DNA of 64,000 bases from positions 25,965,660 through 26,029,659 of the forward strand of contig JARFYF010000074.1 in assembly GCA_030265395.1 (NCBI GenBank). Reading direction: 5' to 3'. This document shows positions 24,880 to 39,419 of this stretch, one piece after another. The notes under the pieces were generated by a model that saw nothing but the letters and a program-made list of their open reading frames with translations, searched no databases and had not been told where the DNA came from. The stretch's first letter is position 1. Each line of letters starts with the position of its first letter. The DNA is from Rhina ancylostomus (taxonomy: Eukaryota). The position numbers and the translations under genes were made by a program.

Positions 24880-25659
24880 AATGAAAAACTAGACCCTGAA
24901 GTTCCACAATGTTTATAAGAGTATTTGTTTATTTGCACTAGAGACACGTGGAACTTGAAATAACATTGAAGGTCCCAGCAACCTTTTAAAAAGATGTAGC
25001 AAAGTGCCCTACTCCTTCAAGATTTCCAGAGTACAGACTACATATTTATTAATTATTTTTATCTACTTTAGTTCAGTTCACCCAAAAGACATTGCTACAA
25101 GCTTTATCAACCAGTCCAGAAATATCAGTCCTGAAACACAGGTACACTCTCTGTTTTTTCTTTCATCCAATCAACTTCTCAGCTTAGACTAATTTTGATT
25201 AGAGAGTCGTCGTCATCTCCATGCCCCAGTGAAACCTACACCATGTATCTAAGCACTGAGTTCTGAGAGAAATTTTAAAAAAGGTTTTATTTAATTAGAT
25301 GTAATTATTTTGTTATGGTAAATTGTCATAAATTACATGTTCTAGTGGAGTATAATTTGGATTGAATCAGGCTAAAAACCCAAATCAGAATTAATTATTT
25401 AATACTTTATCCACTTCAGCTGGATTTATCAACAAACAGGTACAGTTTACTCAACATCTAAAGCATATTACTGAGGTTCTATTTATAAATAACAACTTCA
25501 GGGTTTTTTTAGGAATAGTGCAACAGCACGATCACAACTTGTTCTGCATTACAGCGAAGGGAATAATTCAATCCTCAAACTAAAATTTTCTCCTATTTTA
25601 TCTGAATCATCCCATTGCTGCAAAACAATTAATTTCAGTTCTGCCTTGGTGAAAACCTT

Positions 25660-26720
25660 TCTTTCTTAAAGTGAAGGCCCAGAAAAGGAAGTGGTCTCCA
25701 ACTGTACCATAATATAGGATCTGTATTAATTTGACATGAACTCTCTATTTTTGCTCTGCAACCTTAATTATAAAACCAAGGGTTCCAAATACTATTTTAC
25801 GATTAGCTTCTTAGGATTAGTATATCTAAATCCCATTATCTCTAAGCCTTTAAGTATTTTGCCATCCAAGGTTAATTTTATATTCTTATTATTCACTCTA
25901 ACATGTATGATTTTATATTTCTCTGCATTAAGTTTTATCTACCTAACCTCAAGTACTGATTTGGCTAAGTCCTCTTGAAGTCATCTTCTCTTTTAACCAC
26001 ATTATAAGCAATGAGAAGAGTACTAGCACCAACACTGCCCTCTGGAAGATATGACAGTTTAAATGCATCAGGCACAACTTTCTATTCTTTAACCAGTTTG
26101 TTGATTATATTGCTGCCCTGTATGACTGAAGCAAAAGATTCCCCTTTTTCTGCTCAATACTCCTTCCAAGAATGGCCCAGTTAACCTTCCTAATTCCGTG
26201 TTGTAGGGGTATGTTGATTCCATGAACCATTACACTTTGACCCATCTGTACATGAACATTTACCAACCATGCGTATATATCATTACCTCTATGAGTATAT
26301 GAGTAATGCACAGGGAAGATCAAGCTGTACTTCTGCACAATGGATGTACAAAAGTTGCAGTAGGTAAGAACATTTCTGAGTCTCTGTTCTTCTGTTCTTC
26401 CTGTGAAAGGGAATAACCTCATATTTTCCATCTTCCACTTTCTTGCTAATTCTCATCACCTGTGAATATCACTTTGCTGACCCTCTGCTTCCTGCTCATA
26501 GCTCATTTTCCCACCAATTGTTACATTCTCAGCAAAATTGGATGTGTTAAATTCTGTCTGCTTCATTGTTAATATCAATTGTAAATAACTGATGGTGTAG
26601 TGCTGATTTCTGTGGCAACCCAGTGGTAGCAGCCAACAATGCTGAAAATCATCCTGTTATCCCTATTTTCTCCTGTAACTTTTCCTCTATCCATTCTAAC
26701 ATGTTACCCTCAAAGCATAT
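25660..26720 (-). mobile_element. degenerate CR1 fragments
   Basis: ORF 26105-26431 ends KVNWAILGRSIEQKKGNLLLQSYRAA, like CR1 ORF2; cagcaaaatt ~ KFAD. Confidence 0.5.
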
Positions 26721-26749
26721 GAGGTTCTACTTAAAGTAACACCACTTTG

Positions 26750-26945
26750 CAACAGCCAGAACCTCCTGGTGGCCACCCACTTCAATTCCACATCCCACTC
26801 CCATAGTGACATGTCTATCCACAGCCTCCCCTACTGGCAGGTTGAGGCCAGACACAGTTTAGAGGAACAACACCTCACATTCTGCCTTGAGAGTCTCCAA
26901 ACTGATGGCCTCAACTTCAATTTCTCTAACTTCTGGTAACTCCAC
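26750..26945 (+). mobile_element. Penelope-like element, GIY-YIG endonuclease C-terminus
   Basis: PELLVATHFNSTSHSHSDMSIHSLPYWQVEARHSLEEQHLTFCLESLQTDGLNFNFSNFW* matches the Penelope ORF end. Confidence 0.85.
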
Positions 26946-27456
26946 CCTTCTGTTTCTTCACCTCCCCCCCCCACCCCGCTCCTTGTCTTCCCTTATTGCT
27001 GTGGCTCCCTTCCNNNNNNNNNNNNNNNNNNNNNNNNNNNNNNNNNNNNNNNNNNNNNNNNNNNNNNNNNNNNNNNNNNNNNNNNNNNNNNNNNNNNNNN
27101 NNNNNNNNNNNNNNNNNNNNNNNNNNNNNNNNNNNNNNNNNNNNNNNNNNNNNNNNNNNNNNNNNNNNNNNNNNNNNNNNNNNNNNNNNNNNNNNNNNNN
27201 NNNNNNNNNNNNNNNNNNNNNNNNNNNNNNNNNNNNNNNNNNNNNNNNNNNNNNNNNNNNNNNNNNNNNNNNNNNNNNNNNNNNNNNNNNNNNNNNNNNN
27301 NNNNNNNNNNNNNNNNNNNNNNNNNNNNNNNNNNNNNNNNNNNNNNNNNNNNNNNNNNNNNNNNNNNNNNNNNNNNNNNNNNNNNNNNNNNNNNNNNNNN
27401 NNNNNNNNNNNNNNNNNNNNNNNNNNNNNNNNNNNNNNNNNNNNNNNNNNNNNNNN

Positions 27457-27492
<36 letters not shown>

Positions 27493-27530
27493 CCTCCCTC
27501 CCTCCCTCCCTCCCTCCCTCCCTCCCTCCT
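27457..27530. repeat. (CT)n then (CCCT)n microsatellite
   Basis: Directly visible after the gap. Confidence 0.95.
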
Positions 27531-27534
27531 CCAG

Positions 27535-28060
27535 TTACAGTGTTCTTTGGCTGCTCCAGAATCTAGGGAATTTTGGATGACTCATTAATACTAACACTGT
27601 CTTCCCAGCAACCCCTTACAACGCTGGAATGAAGGCTATCAAATCCAGATTTGTTGTCTTTTCACTCTCTTTTAGTTTCTCTTCAATCATACTAATTACT
27701 TTAGGTTATTAGAACTTTGGTTCTCCTCTATTTCTGCTACGTTTATTGGGATGGCTGCGATTGTGACATAATCAGAATATTTATTAATGCCTGTTATTTC
27801 TTTCTTCCCTGTTATAATTTCTCCTACCTTTGCATTTGAGGGACCCACATTTATTTTTGATATTCTCTTTTTTTGACACAGTTATAGAAACACTTATAAT
27901 CAGTTTTCTATAGTTCTTTCTTCCACATTCCATGTTCTTCCCGCTAATTTTTTTGATCATGTATTGCTGCTTCCTAAAACTCTCTCAGACATTAGGTTTA
28001 CAACTCTTCTTGCAATATTCAGCTTTGCTCTTAATCTAATGTTACCTTCTTAGCGGTGGT
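27535..28060 (-). mobile_element. old CR1 fragment
   Basis: tctagggaattttgg, gagggacccacattt and ttataatcagttttcta resemble the CR1 ORF2 reverse complement. Confidence 0.4.
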
Positions 28061-28819
28061 TATATTTCTCAACAGAAAGCATAGTCACACAAAAAATGCT
28101 GCCATAATGAACTTTACTATTGCTAACACGTTGAATCAGGAAGGAAGCAAAATTTGACTTTGATTCCTGTGAAATCAAACTTAGCAATGTTCATCATATT
28201 CCTTGGTTGGCTAATGAGCACAGCTATAAACTTGTGCAAATATATGTTTTCATGATTTCAGTAAGGTTGTTAACAATTCTTCCTCATACAAGAACATAAA
28301 TCAATTAATAATTCATTNNNNNNNNNNNNNNNNNNNNNNNNNNNNNNNNNNNNNNNNNNNNNNNNNNNNNNNNNNNNNNNNNNNNNNNNNNNNNNNNNNN
28401 NNNNNNNNNNNNNNNNNATCAATTAATAATTCATTCAAGAATAGTCAAGAATCAAAGAACATTGGGGAATGAATCCCTGTAGTTCCTTACAGAACCAGTG
28501 TGGAAGGACAACCAATTTGAGGACTCTGTAACAATGCAGAAGTCCTGTATTTATTGTTATTCTTTGACATCCTTTTCCAGACTGCATCCTGATCTAGAAA
28601 AGAACAGCTATAAGGCAGTTTTCATGTTTTTCAATTGTCCAAATGTGTTCTTTAATGTTATGGTTTAACTTTATTTAATATTTTTACTAATGTTTAACAT
28701 TTTAAAACTTCCTGATTTTAATTTTTTTAAATGTTTTTGAATAGCAGTAAGTTTGACAGCCAACTAAGCCAGGGTGCTTGTTTCATCAGCTATCAGGCCT
28801 TTCCAGCAGGTTAGTTAGC

Positions 28820-29240
28820 AGGGCTCACTCTGGCGAGCTCAAGAGAGATACTCGAGATTGGAAAAGAAGGATGCACAAAGGTCTGTAAGGGTGAAAGAGA
28901 TTACAGAGGCAGGGTTGGAGATCATGATGAGATCTTGTGAATGAAGAAAAGAATTGTGATATAGAGGCAATCAGAGGCCAGAGGCAAAGCTGGAAGCCAA
29001 ATATAGGGGTGATCTGTGAAGTGTGCAGTTTAAAGCAGTGCAGCAGAATTCTGGATGATTGCAATGTTAGTGCAGGTTGAAGGTTGGGAGGAAGGATAGC
29101 AATGATTTGGAATAGCAAAATCTGGACATATTAATATCATGTTCCAAAAATATGTTGAAGCTGGGCAAAATTATGGAGCTGAAATCAGGCACTTTTCATA
29201 TAGATATAACATGGGTTTGGCAGCTCAGTTCAGGGTTGGA
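28820..29240 (-). mobile_element. L2-type LINE remnant
   Basis: Minus-strand decayed equivalent of LQLIQNSAAR..ITP (tcatccagaattctgctgcac, cagatcacccctat). Confidence 0.6.
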
Positions 29241-30799
29241 TAAATTCAACATTTGCATTAAAAGCAGACAAATATAGATAAGTGTGGCATACAAAAACAA
29301 CAATTACTAAGGTGAATTACAAAACCAGGACGTGTAGTCTTACCAGTGACTTATGCAAAAAGTATAAAAGTTCACCCTCTGTTGCATCTGCCATGTTCAA
29401 CTGCATTTTTGAAATTAGGTTCCTTGAAATTCCATGAAATTCTTGCTATCTCCCTCAATAATTTTACTAAGAAGAAGGAGAAATGTCCCTACTTAGCTGT
29501 TTTCTTCCACTTCCACTTCCACTTATGGTGCGCCTGAAGACAGCTTCAGTATTTTCAGGCACTTAATTCTTTTTGTAGCCAAATCTCTTCGAGATGTAGT
29601 CAAATACTTAGTACTTTTGCTAATGTCAACTGCTCACTGATTGGATACATTCAATGAACTATAAGGGACATAGAGCAATTCTTTCTTCCTAGCATTAAGC
29701 TTCAGTGGATGGAGCAACAATCTATCAGGGCCACGGTTTGCAGCTTTATTTCTGATCCACACTCTTATCAAATAGTCTCAGTGCTGGGATTGCTGGATCA
29801 TTATATTTTCTCCTTATAATCACAACTCAAACATCATTTTTCATTTGTTAACAGACTCTCCTTTCAATTTGTTTTAATCCTATCCAGCGTCATGGGTGGA
29901 TTCTTCCCTACCACGTTTGGTGGTCATGCAATTACTGGTGGCAGTGCCAGGATATGCATTCAATCTATTTTCTTTCCTTTAATTAGGTGTTCCTTTTAAA
30001 CTTCATCAGTCTATTCATCAGTGTATGCTTGATTGCTTTGACTTTACAAATACCTGACCTTTATATGCTGTATGGCCACTCGCACAAGTAATAAGTAGCT
30101 TTTCAAAAACGAATAATGGTATTTCTTGCCAGACTAATGAATTTCAAACCTTACATCAGCCTTACAACAAAGACATTTACTCTTAAATCTGTTGTCATGA
30201 ATTGAGGTCCAAACCTACCTTACACTCAACTCCACCACAGGACGCATACGTGTCTTATAAAGCACAATAAAGTATTATCTCATCTTTCTCAAACAGTTTG
30301 GCACGTGTGCTATCTGTGATATGCTCGAGGGATTCAAATGATGTCATGAACATCAGTGAAGCCATTATCTGAACTGTGAGATTGTGTTACACCCCCATGG
30401 CATTGTGCACAAGGCACCTGCTTTTATGATATATACAATGGTCTGTTTTGTTTTTCAGTTTTGTTTCTTCAGTTGCCACTGCCACGCTTTATCAATTTTT
30501 CTTTATATCATCTAACAATTCCACACTTTTAATTAAACATGCTTCTAACTCTTACTGGTCTAATAGCAGTTTCTACTAACTCCATTTCCTTTTACCTGAA
30601 ATCTATATCTTTTCCATGTATTTTTCATCATAAAAACATATAATCTGAAAGGATTACCAATAACCCCATAAATTTAACAAAGTCTATGAAATCCATCAAA
30701 CTGGCAGTGTAAAAGTTTATGAACTAAAGCAAGCAATACACCAAGTAATTTCTTTTGAAATAGAAACAAGAAATAGTATTATTTCATAAAAACTAAAGA

Positions 30800-31665
30800 A
30801 CAAGGTCCCGCTTGGTAGGCTGGTCCAGAAGGTTAAGGCACATGGGATCCAAGGCAAACTGGGTAATTGGATACAAAATTGGCTTGGCGATAGGAGGCAG
30901 AGATGAGTAGTGGAAGGATTCCTTTCTGATTAGAAGTTGGTGACAAGTGGTGTACCACAGAGATCAATACTGGGACCCTTGTTATTTTAACAATTTATGT
31001 GTGAATATAGGAGATATGATTAAGTTTGTGGATGGCATGAAAGTTGGTGGCGCTGTGGATAGTGAGGAAGTTTGTCAAAGGCTACAGCAGAATACGGATC
31101 AGATGGAAAGTTGGGCAGAGCACTGGTAGATGGAATTTAATCCTGACAAGTGCAGGGTGATACATTTTGGAAAGTCAATTAGAGGTGGACCTATACAGCA
31201 AATGTTGTGGCGCTAAGGAATGGTGAAGAACAGATGGACCTTGGGATTCAAGTCCATAGCTCCCAGAAAGTGGCAAGACAGGTAGATGGAGTGAACAGTT
31301 CTGGTTGCCACATTATAAAAAGGATGTGATTGTGCTGGAGATAATGCAGAGGCAATTCACCAGGATGATGCCTGGAATTGGAGGACTTTAGTTATGTGGA
31401 GATATTGAATTGGCTTGGATGTTTTCTTTGGAGTGAAGTAGACTTAGAGATGATCTGATAGAGGTATATAAAATTATGAGGCACGGATAAGGTAGGTAGA
31501 ATCCTTTTACTGTGATAGGGGTATCAAAAACAAGAGGGCATTGGTTTAAGGGGAAAGGTAGGAGTTTTAATGGGGATTTGAGGGGAAAGTGTTTTCACAC
31601 AGAAATTTTGGTTGATATCTGGAACTCACTGCCTGAGGAGGTGGTGAAGTCAGATAAAGTTACAC
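30800..31665 (+). mobile_element. HER1/CR1 LINE RT and 3' fragment
   Basis: ggtgtaccacagagatcaatactgggaccc (~GVPQGSVLGP), KFVDGMKVGG, IWNSLPEEVV. Confidence 0.9.
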
Positions 31666-32234
31666 TTACTAATATGCCATCCTTCATGTACGGGGGTTAA
31701 AATTCATGCCCCATTCAAATATAATTGGTGTGAAAGGTAGAAAGAGCAATATTGCTTCCACCTATACATCAAACATAACAGTTGCTGTATCACAGAGGAC
31801 CTTGCAATAACTTAAAGTGAAAACATTCCTGCACTTGAGTTGACCCCTCTCATATTGACTCCTGCCCACTCCTATTGTTTATTTTCACATCAGTGTTGTC
31901 TGTGCCAAATTTAAAAAAATCAATGCCCAATTATCAACATCAGTCTGTTTCAATGAAATAATTTCTCGGCAGGCTTTATTTTTTTAAAGTTTACCACTGA
32001 TTAGGGCATAAACATTCTAACTTAGTCACAGAGACCATTAGACTGGAGCTCATCATAATGACTCAGATGTTCTGGCAATGCTAAATACACTGATCATTGG
32101 CTGAGTGCCCATTTTAGGAGAACAGAAAAGAAAGCAGGAAAAAGAAGCATCTCTGACAACATGAAAATACAGCCGAGACCACTGAAGCAGACAGTATACT
32201 CTGGCTAAGTGGCAGGGTACACTTCTGAATAAAG

Positions 32235-32425
32235 AAATTGCTGCAAGGCCAAATTCTCAATATGGCTTTGAAGACCCTGATTCAGGTGATGATCTGGAAC
32301 AGAAAGATCTTGTTCCTCCCGGATCAAGAAAACATCATTGCCATCATAGGAAAGAGCCTATACAAAGAAGCTTATGTCAGAAACTGGTACCATACAGAAA
32401 AATGCTCACTAACCTCATCAGTTAC
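32235..32425 (+). pseudogene. Harbinger Myb/SANT-like partner gene remnant
   Basis: MALKTLIQVMIWNRKILFLPD..RNWY/RKMLTNL resembles LExLxxxVxxRRxILFP..RTWxQCRKKFNDL. Confidence 0.4.
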
Positions 32426-32636
32426 AAAGCTCATCATTCCTTGAACACCACATCTCCCCCACCCAACCCCCCAATCCCCCACCATTTCTTGTTACTCTTC
32501 TACAATCTCTGCACCAGACATCACTTCATTTTCTTCTCTTCACCTTCATATACCATCAGCATCCTGCTCTCAACACTGTTCACTTCTTCCCTTTCCATTG
32601 CTCAGTATCAATCCATGTTTGTTAATCAGATACTCA

Positions 32637-33765
32637 TGATAGGCTGATCCAGATTAAAACATTTGGGATCTACAGTGATTTAGTAGATTGGATTCAAAAT
32701 TGGCTTGGCCCAAGAAGACAGAGTGTTGTGATGGTGGGGTCTATTTTTGACTAAAGGTCTGTGACCACTGGTGTTTCTAAAAGATCAGTGGTGGGACCTC
32801 TGTTGTTTGTGATATATATGTAAGTGATCTGAACAAAAATGTAGCTGGGCTGATAGGTAAGTTTGCAGATTTCACATAAAGTGGTGGAGTTGTGGATAGT
32901 GAGGAATGTTGTCAAAGGATACAGCAGGATATAGGTCAGTTGGACATATGGGCAGAGAAATCACAGATGCAGTTTTATATGAAGTGTGAGATGTTGCACT
33001 TTGGGAGGTCAAAAGTAAGTGGAAAGTAAAAAGTAAATGGCTGGACTCTTAGGAGCACTGATGTACAGAGGGATCTTGGGGTGCAAGTCCATAGCTCCCC
33101 AAAAGTGGCAACACAAGTAGGTAGGGTGATAAAGAAAGTGTTCGGCATAGTTGATTTCATCAGTCAGGGTGTTGAGCATAAAGCTATGGAAGTTATGTTG
33201 CAGCTGTATAAAACTTTGGATAGGTCACATTTGGAGTATTGTGGTCATCACATTTCAGGAAGGAAGTGGGGGATTTGGAAAGGGTGCAGAAGAGGTTCAT
33301 CAGGATGTTGCCTTGGTTAGAGAGTATTAGCTATAAGAAGAGATTGACAAACTTGGATTGTTTTCTTTCGATTGTCGGAAGCTGAAGGGCGACCTGATAG
33401 AAGTATATACAATTATGAGATGCATAGATGGGGTGGATAGAGTTTTTTTTCCCCAGGGTGGAAATCTCAAATACTCAAATACATAGATTTAAGGTGTAAG
33501 GAGGAAAGTTTAAAGGAGATTTGCATGGCAAGTTTTTTTTACACAATGAGTGATAGGTGCCTGGAAGGCATTGCCAGGGGAGGTGATGGAGGCAGAAACG
33601 ATAGCAATGTTTAAGAGTCATTTAGACGGGCACATGGACAGGCAGGGGATGGTAGGATCTAGAGCATGTGCAGGCAGATGGGATTAGTTTAAATTGGCAT
33701 CATGGTCTGCACAGGCATTGTGTGCCAAAGGGCCTGTTCCTGTGTTGTACTGTTCTATGTTCTAA
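32637..33765 (+). mobile_element. HER1/CR1 LINE, RT to 3' tail
   Basis: aagtttgcagat (KFAD), VMLQLYKTLDRSHLEYC; tail gggcctgttcctgtgttgtactgttctatgttcta. Confidence 0.92.
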
Positions 33766-35212
33766 TGTAGCAAATGAACTTCAGAAAAGAACCATGATAC
33801 AAGTATAGGATTCTCGCTTAAATATTAATGAAGTTTAGTATTGTTTCTGGCATATGCCCTATATGGCCTTGAAGGAGAGGAAACAAGCATGTACAGAGTG
33901 AATGAACACTTACCATTCACCATTCAGCATTCTGAGTGGCCCTTGTAGATTTAGAGAGGTTATGAATTAATTTATGAACTGAAATATCAGTCCACAAGAT
34001 TTGTAAGTATAAAAAAATTGCTTGTATAAAAATTACTCTGAATGCTGCACAACAAAAGAGCTTTGTTATCTTGTGATGATTCAGAAAGCACTTAAAACCC
34101 AGCTTCCATTATTTGTACCCCTGGAGGTGCTCTACACTAAAACAAAATGCCTACGTAACAAGATTTTATAAATAGTCCAGAGAGAAACTGAAAATGGCTT
34201 AGATAGTACTGATGAAGCACAAATAAGAATGCATTTCATTCAATAAAAAGAAATTGATTAAAAAATGACATTTCTAGAAATAGGCCTTTTGCAATAATCA
34301 TACAAATAACAGCAATGGTATTTAATACATTTGGACTAAGTGATATTCAAATAATTTCTAGAAATATTTTCAGTTATATATCTAAACAGCCTTGGTCTGG
34401 TTCCTGCTACAATGTGTCCAACTGAAAAATCTATACCAATTGGTCAGAGCTTTAAAAGGATGTTGAGTGTATAGCCACAGATCAAAGAGTCTTATCATTT
34501 TTAAAGCTGAAGCAATATTGGAGTACAGAATCCATCCCAGGTTGTTTCCAACATTTCGGATTCCTGTCTCAGCTTCTGAGATTCTAAGCTCAGTTTGGTT
34601 CAGTAAAAATATAGAAAGTTCATCAACGATACTTTAATTTCTTGATTTCCACTCATTTTAATTGAGTCACAGGGTTAAAAAGAAACTTGGATGAAATTCA
34701 CACTTTGAAACAAAACACGGAGATTNNNNNNNNNNNNNNNNNNNNNNNNNNNNNNNNNNNNNNNNNNNNNCCACAGCTTCAGGCGAACAGATGACAACTG
34801 CAGAACATGCCTGTTTATAACATAAACTAGCAGCCTGTGTTTCAAGGAGTAGAATGAGCTAACACTTTAGACTGCTGGAAAGAATAGCTTACAAAATAAT
34901 GAAGGATTTGTTTCCAAATTATTCATGTCATCAGAAATTCCTCCAGTAAAGTTATTCATATAGTTAGAAATTCCTCCAATGATTACAGTGAAATATGATT
35001 CTACCCATGGGATCAATCCAATCCATGGAGGAGTTTCTTCTCAATACCAAAGGAAGTTGTCATCCTGCTTTTCCTAAATCTTTGTTTCAGGTGTCTCATG
35101 TTACTGATAAGTTACGTAAATGTGGCAGAGTCTATTTTGAGAATCATTGATTCTGAGAGTATGCCTACCAGCTCTCTTTCTTTTGGTTGTTTCTTGCACT
35201 AAGAAAAGCAGG

Positions 35213-35406
35213 TGACTCTGGAGCGCACTGCCAGGGCAAGTGGTGGAAGCAGATATGAGAGCAACATTTAAGAGGCACTTAGACATGAACAGGAAGGGAA
35301 TTCAGGCATATAGACCAGGCAGATGTGCAGTTTAAATTAGCATCATGGTCAGAACAGATATTGTGGGCTGAAAGGCCTGTTCCTGTGCTATTCTGTTCTA
35401 TGTTCT
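35213..35406 (+). mobile_element. CR1 3' end
   Basis: ctggagcgcactgccaggg ... gggctgaaaggcctgttcctgtgctattctgttctatgttct. Confidence 0.85.
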
Positions 35407-36964
35407 TTTGGCCTTAATAGTATTTAGTAGTGATTTGAACAGCCATTTCCACTTTTACTTTAATAATATACTTGGTTTGCCCTTCCTTATCTCTGAATTA
35501 GGGTTGTGTCACCTACAGAACAAGAATGTAGTTCATAAGTGTTAACATTCTCAAGGAATACTGAAACTTCATCAGAGTAGCATTTTGCATCACCAGCTGG
35601 AAATAGGGTCAAGGCTGACAATCTTGGCTTCCTTCAGTGTAAATATGTACAATAAATTATGCAAATTAATGCCAATAAAGGACATTGCTTAGATTCCCCT
35701 TTTCAAAGTGTTGTATTGACCACCATCCTATTCTCTGCAAACAATAAACTATTTTTGTTAGCTGTCAACACATTCATGTACACATCATGCTTCCACTGAG
35801 GATCTCTTTGAGAACAGCAAGACTACCAATTTTTCAGCACCAACTACTGCCGCTGAGGCAGTGATTATCAGAAGGGATGGAAGAGCTGTTAAAACGTCCC
35901 CAAGTACTGACGCTAAAGATCCATGCAATGCCTTGCCTGAGACCAAGCCCTGCCTAAAGAAGTTCATAGTACTTATTTCCCAGTTCCGACCCATGCTAAT
36001 TCCAGGAAAACTGGGCAGAATGTGAGGAAAATGCACTAATGACTGCAACTACTCCTTTCAAACCCCCTGACCTGAGCAGCTCCCATGAAACATCAGGTAC
36101 CAGGTAATCGCCATTGATTCGGGTGGAATCACAGAAGAGAATCTTGCCCTACTACTATAATGAAAGCTTCTTGGACTTCTGATCTATTTACACCCAACTT
36201 ATGGTAATTATTTTATTAATATCTTGAACCAACAAGTGATTTTTTAATAGAATGAAGAATCAAAGCCCTTCTTCGAATTAATGTAAATGACTTGGACTGG
36301 TTTGGTCCCTAATAATAGCACATACAAGTCTTCTCACAGATGCAAATGGTGAAAGATGTGGAAACATACATAACATTCATAAAGACGTGGGTTGACATTA
36401 AAAAAGGTTGACAGTTTGCTCCAATCGTCTATAATACAACTGGAAATGCACACTGACATGTAGATATTTAAGTTGTTGGGCTGAACTATGTTGTCCTGAG
36501 GTATGAAATATTTAGCAACTGAAACTAAATGACTTCTCCAGATACAAAACTCTTATCTACCAAAAGGCAGAATTATNNNNNNNNNNNNNNNNNNNNNNNN
36601 NNNNNNNNNNNNNNNNNNNNATTGTTTATATGCAGCTTTGGGATAATTATTAAAAGTCATTAGGGAACATGATGCTTCAGCTTTGCTTGTTAGTTGAACT
36701 GGTTATCAAAACAATTCTGGGGAGAGGTCTGGAGCATTCCAGCAGTGGGAGATCGCTTCCTAGTCAAAGGAAGAGCCCTTTTATTTTTTCTCAGCCTACT
36801 TATCTGTTATATGCTGACCTACACAATATATCAACCAGGCCTGAAGAAGCAAATTATGAATGATGTGTCATCTTAATCAATCAAACCACCGACTGCATCT
36901 TCCACCCACTACTCTCGGCACCCACATCTACTGACCCAAAATTTCCCAATTATTAGTTGCATGT

Positions 36965-37990
36965 TTTTCAGGCACAAAATTTGTCCAATCAATTTGATTG
37001 AATTTTTTGAAGAGGTAACAAAATGTGTTGATGGCAGAGCAGTTGATGTAGGCTACATGAATTTCAGCATGGCCTCTGACAGGGTCCCGCAAAAGAAAGC
37101 TGGTCCAATAGGATCCAAGACAAGTCAGCAAATTGAAGCCAAAATTTACTTCGTGGTAGGAAACAGAGGGTGATGGTGGAGAGTTATTATTGTGATTGGA
37201 AGTCAGTGACCAGTGGTGTTCCAGAGGGATCAGTGCTAGGACCCTTACTGTTTGTCTTATACGATAACAATTTGGATATGAATTTAGAACGTATGATTCG
37301 TAAGCTTGCAGGTGACATGAAAATTGCTGGTGTTGTTGATAGTGAGGAGGAGAGTCATAGATTACAAGAAGGTATTGGTAAAATGGGCAGAGCAGTGGCA
37401 GATGGAATATAATCCTGATAAGTGCAAGGTGATGCACATTTGAAGGGCTAAAAAGGGTAGGATACTGCAATGAATGGTAGTGCCTGAGGGAGTATTGAGG
37501 AACAGAAACACCTTGGAGTACCGATCCAAAAATCCCTGAAGGTCACAGCAGCAGTAAATGAGGTGGTCAAGAACGTATGTGGGATCCTAGCCTTCATTGT
37601 CCAGGGCATAGAATTGAAGAGTATGGTGTTCTTGTACGGCTTCATAAAACATTGGTAATGACACAGCTGGAATATTGTGTGCAGTTCTGGTCAGCACACT
37701 GTGGGATAAAGGTGATTGCAATGGGAAGGATGCAGAAGAGATTGACCAGGATGTTGCCTGGGATGCAGTATTTTACTTACGAAGGGAGAATAGACAGGTT
37801 GTGTTTGTTTGGAGTGGAGGAGGTTGAAGGAAGATCTGACCGAGGTATAAAAATGATGAGGGAAATTGACAGGGTAGATAGCAGGAAATGTGTCCCCAAA
37901 ACAGAGCTGTCAAAAACTAGAGAACATAGGTCAAGGTGAAGGAAGGAGAGATTTAACAGGGGCCTTAGGAAGAATTCTTTCACTATAGGA
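36965..37990 (+). mobile_element. HER1/CR1 LINE RT region
   Basis: NLIEFFEEVTKCVDGRAVDV, VTSGVPEGSVLGPLLF, LEYCVQFWS. Confidence 0.92.
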
Positions 37991-38790
37991 TGGTTATATA
38001 AGGTGACTCTACCTTGGCAGGAGCTTCTTGTCTAAACACTGACTCCTTCTGCATTACCTTCCCTGCACCCAAGTCTTAACACTTTGCTTCAAATTCCAAG
38101 ACAGTCAAAAATAATAAGGCATGGTGTGTGGGTAAAAAAAAACAAATCAATGCAAAGTTGAACAAGACAGCTTACAAAAAAAAAGGAATTGAAACAGTTA
38201 ATCAGTTTTTGGAAAAAGTGCACACTGCTGCTTCAGCAACCAGCTTTGGCAGTACAAATTGCTTATCATATCACCATTTTTGCATTCATTGGGTAAGTGC
38301 ATTGAATGATGATGGGAATCCCTGGACAGAACAGTTTGTTTCCTTGGTGGATATTTTTTTCTCAAGAGGAGAGAGAAATTGGTGAAATCTGACATGTTTC
38401 ACTTTAATTGTGGTCCAGCTAGCCAATCAAGGAATAGTGTTGAAAGCAGCCATGGAGAAGTCTTCATGAGAACAAGAAATCATGCATAAATAGTAATTTC
38501 AAATACATGCATGCATGACATTATGGACCAAGAGTATNNNNNNNNNNNNNNNNNNNNNNNNNNNNNNNNNNNNNNNNNNNNNNNNNNNNNNNNNNNNNNN
38601 NNNNNNNNNNNNNNNNNNNNNNNNNNNNNNNNNNNNNNNNNNNNNNNNNNNNNNNNNNNNNNNNNNNNNNNNNNNNNNNNNNNNNNNNNNNNNNNNNNNN
38701 NNNNNNNNNNNNNNNNNNNNNNNNNNNNNNNNNNNNNNNNNNNNNNNNNNNNNNNNNNNNNNNNNNNNNNNNNNNNNNNNNNNNNNNNNN

Positions 38791-39110
38791 TATCTCCCTT
38801 GAACTTCCCACCCATTACTTTAAAGCCATGCCCTCTTGTATTGAGCATTGGTGCCCTGGGAAACAGGTGATGGCTGTCCACTCTATCTATTCCTCTTAAT
38901 ATTTTGTACACCTCTATCATGTCTTCTCTCCTCCTCTTTCTCTCCAAAGAATAATGCCCTAGCTCCCTTAGTCTCTCCTCATAATGCATACTCTCTAAAC
39001 CAGGCAGGATCCTGGTAAATCTCCTCTGCACCCTTTCCAATGCTTCCACATCTTTCCTATAATGAGGCAACCAGAACTGGATACAGTACTCTAAGTTTGG
39101 TCTAACCAGA
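38791..39110 (-). mobile_element. HER1/CR1 3' ORF2 fragment, little decayed (runs into a gap)
   Basis: PHYRKDVEALERVQRRFTRILPGLESMHYEERLRELG...TRGHGFKV. Confidence 0.92.
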
Positions 39111-39419
39111 TATGTAGTATAATTTTCTATTATGGATCAGAAACCAGGTATTAGCTTTATTGACCCTCACATTGGACATATCATGAAATCTAAATCTTGT
39201 GATCAATTGACTACTTAGACATCAGGGGAAAATTTTCCAGAGTTTTCCTGATTTCTTATTGCAACATCTAACAGGAGGCTCATAGCCTCTGAGGAATGGT
39301 GTAAATGTTTTGATCACTTATGTAGTTTGTCCCAGGACTTCTGTCAGGCATTCCATCTATTTTATGTCAAGAGATCAGCTGACTTTTCCAAAATTGTTTA
39401 AAGCACTGCAAGTTAGACT

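Noticed and set aside
28300-28435. 18-bp direct repeat across a 100-N gap
   Set aside because: Same scaffolding-overlap artefact.
35762-36048. Frames of about 88 codons open on both strands
   Set aside because: No recognisable domain or convincing splice pair; within chance expectation.
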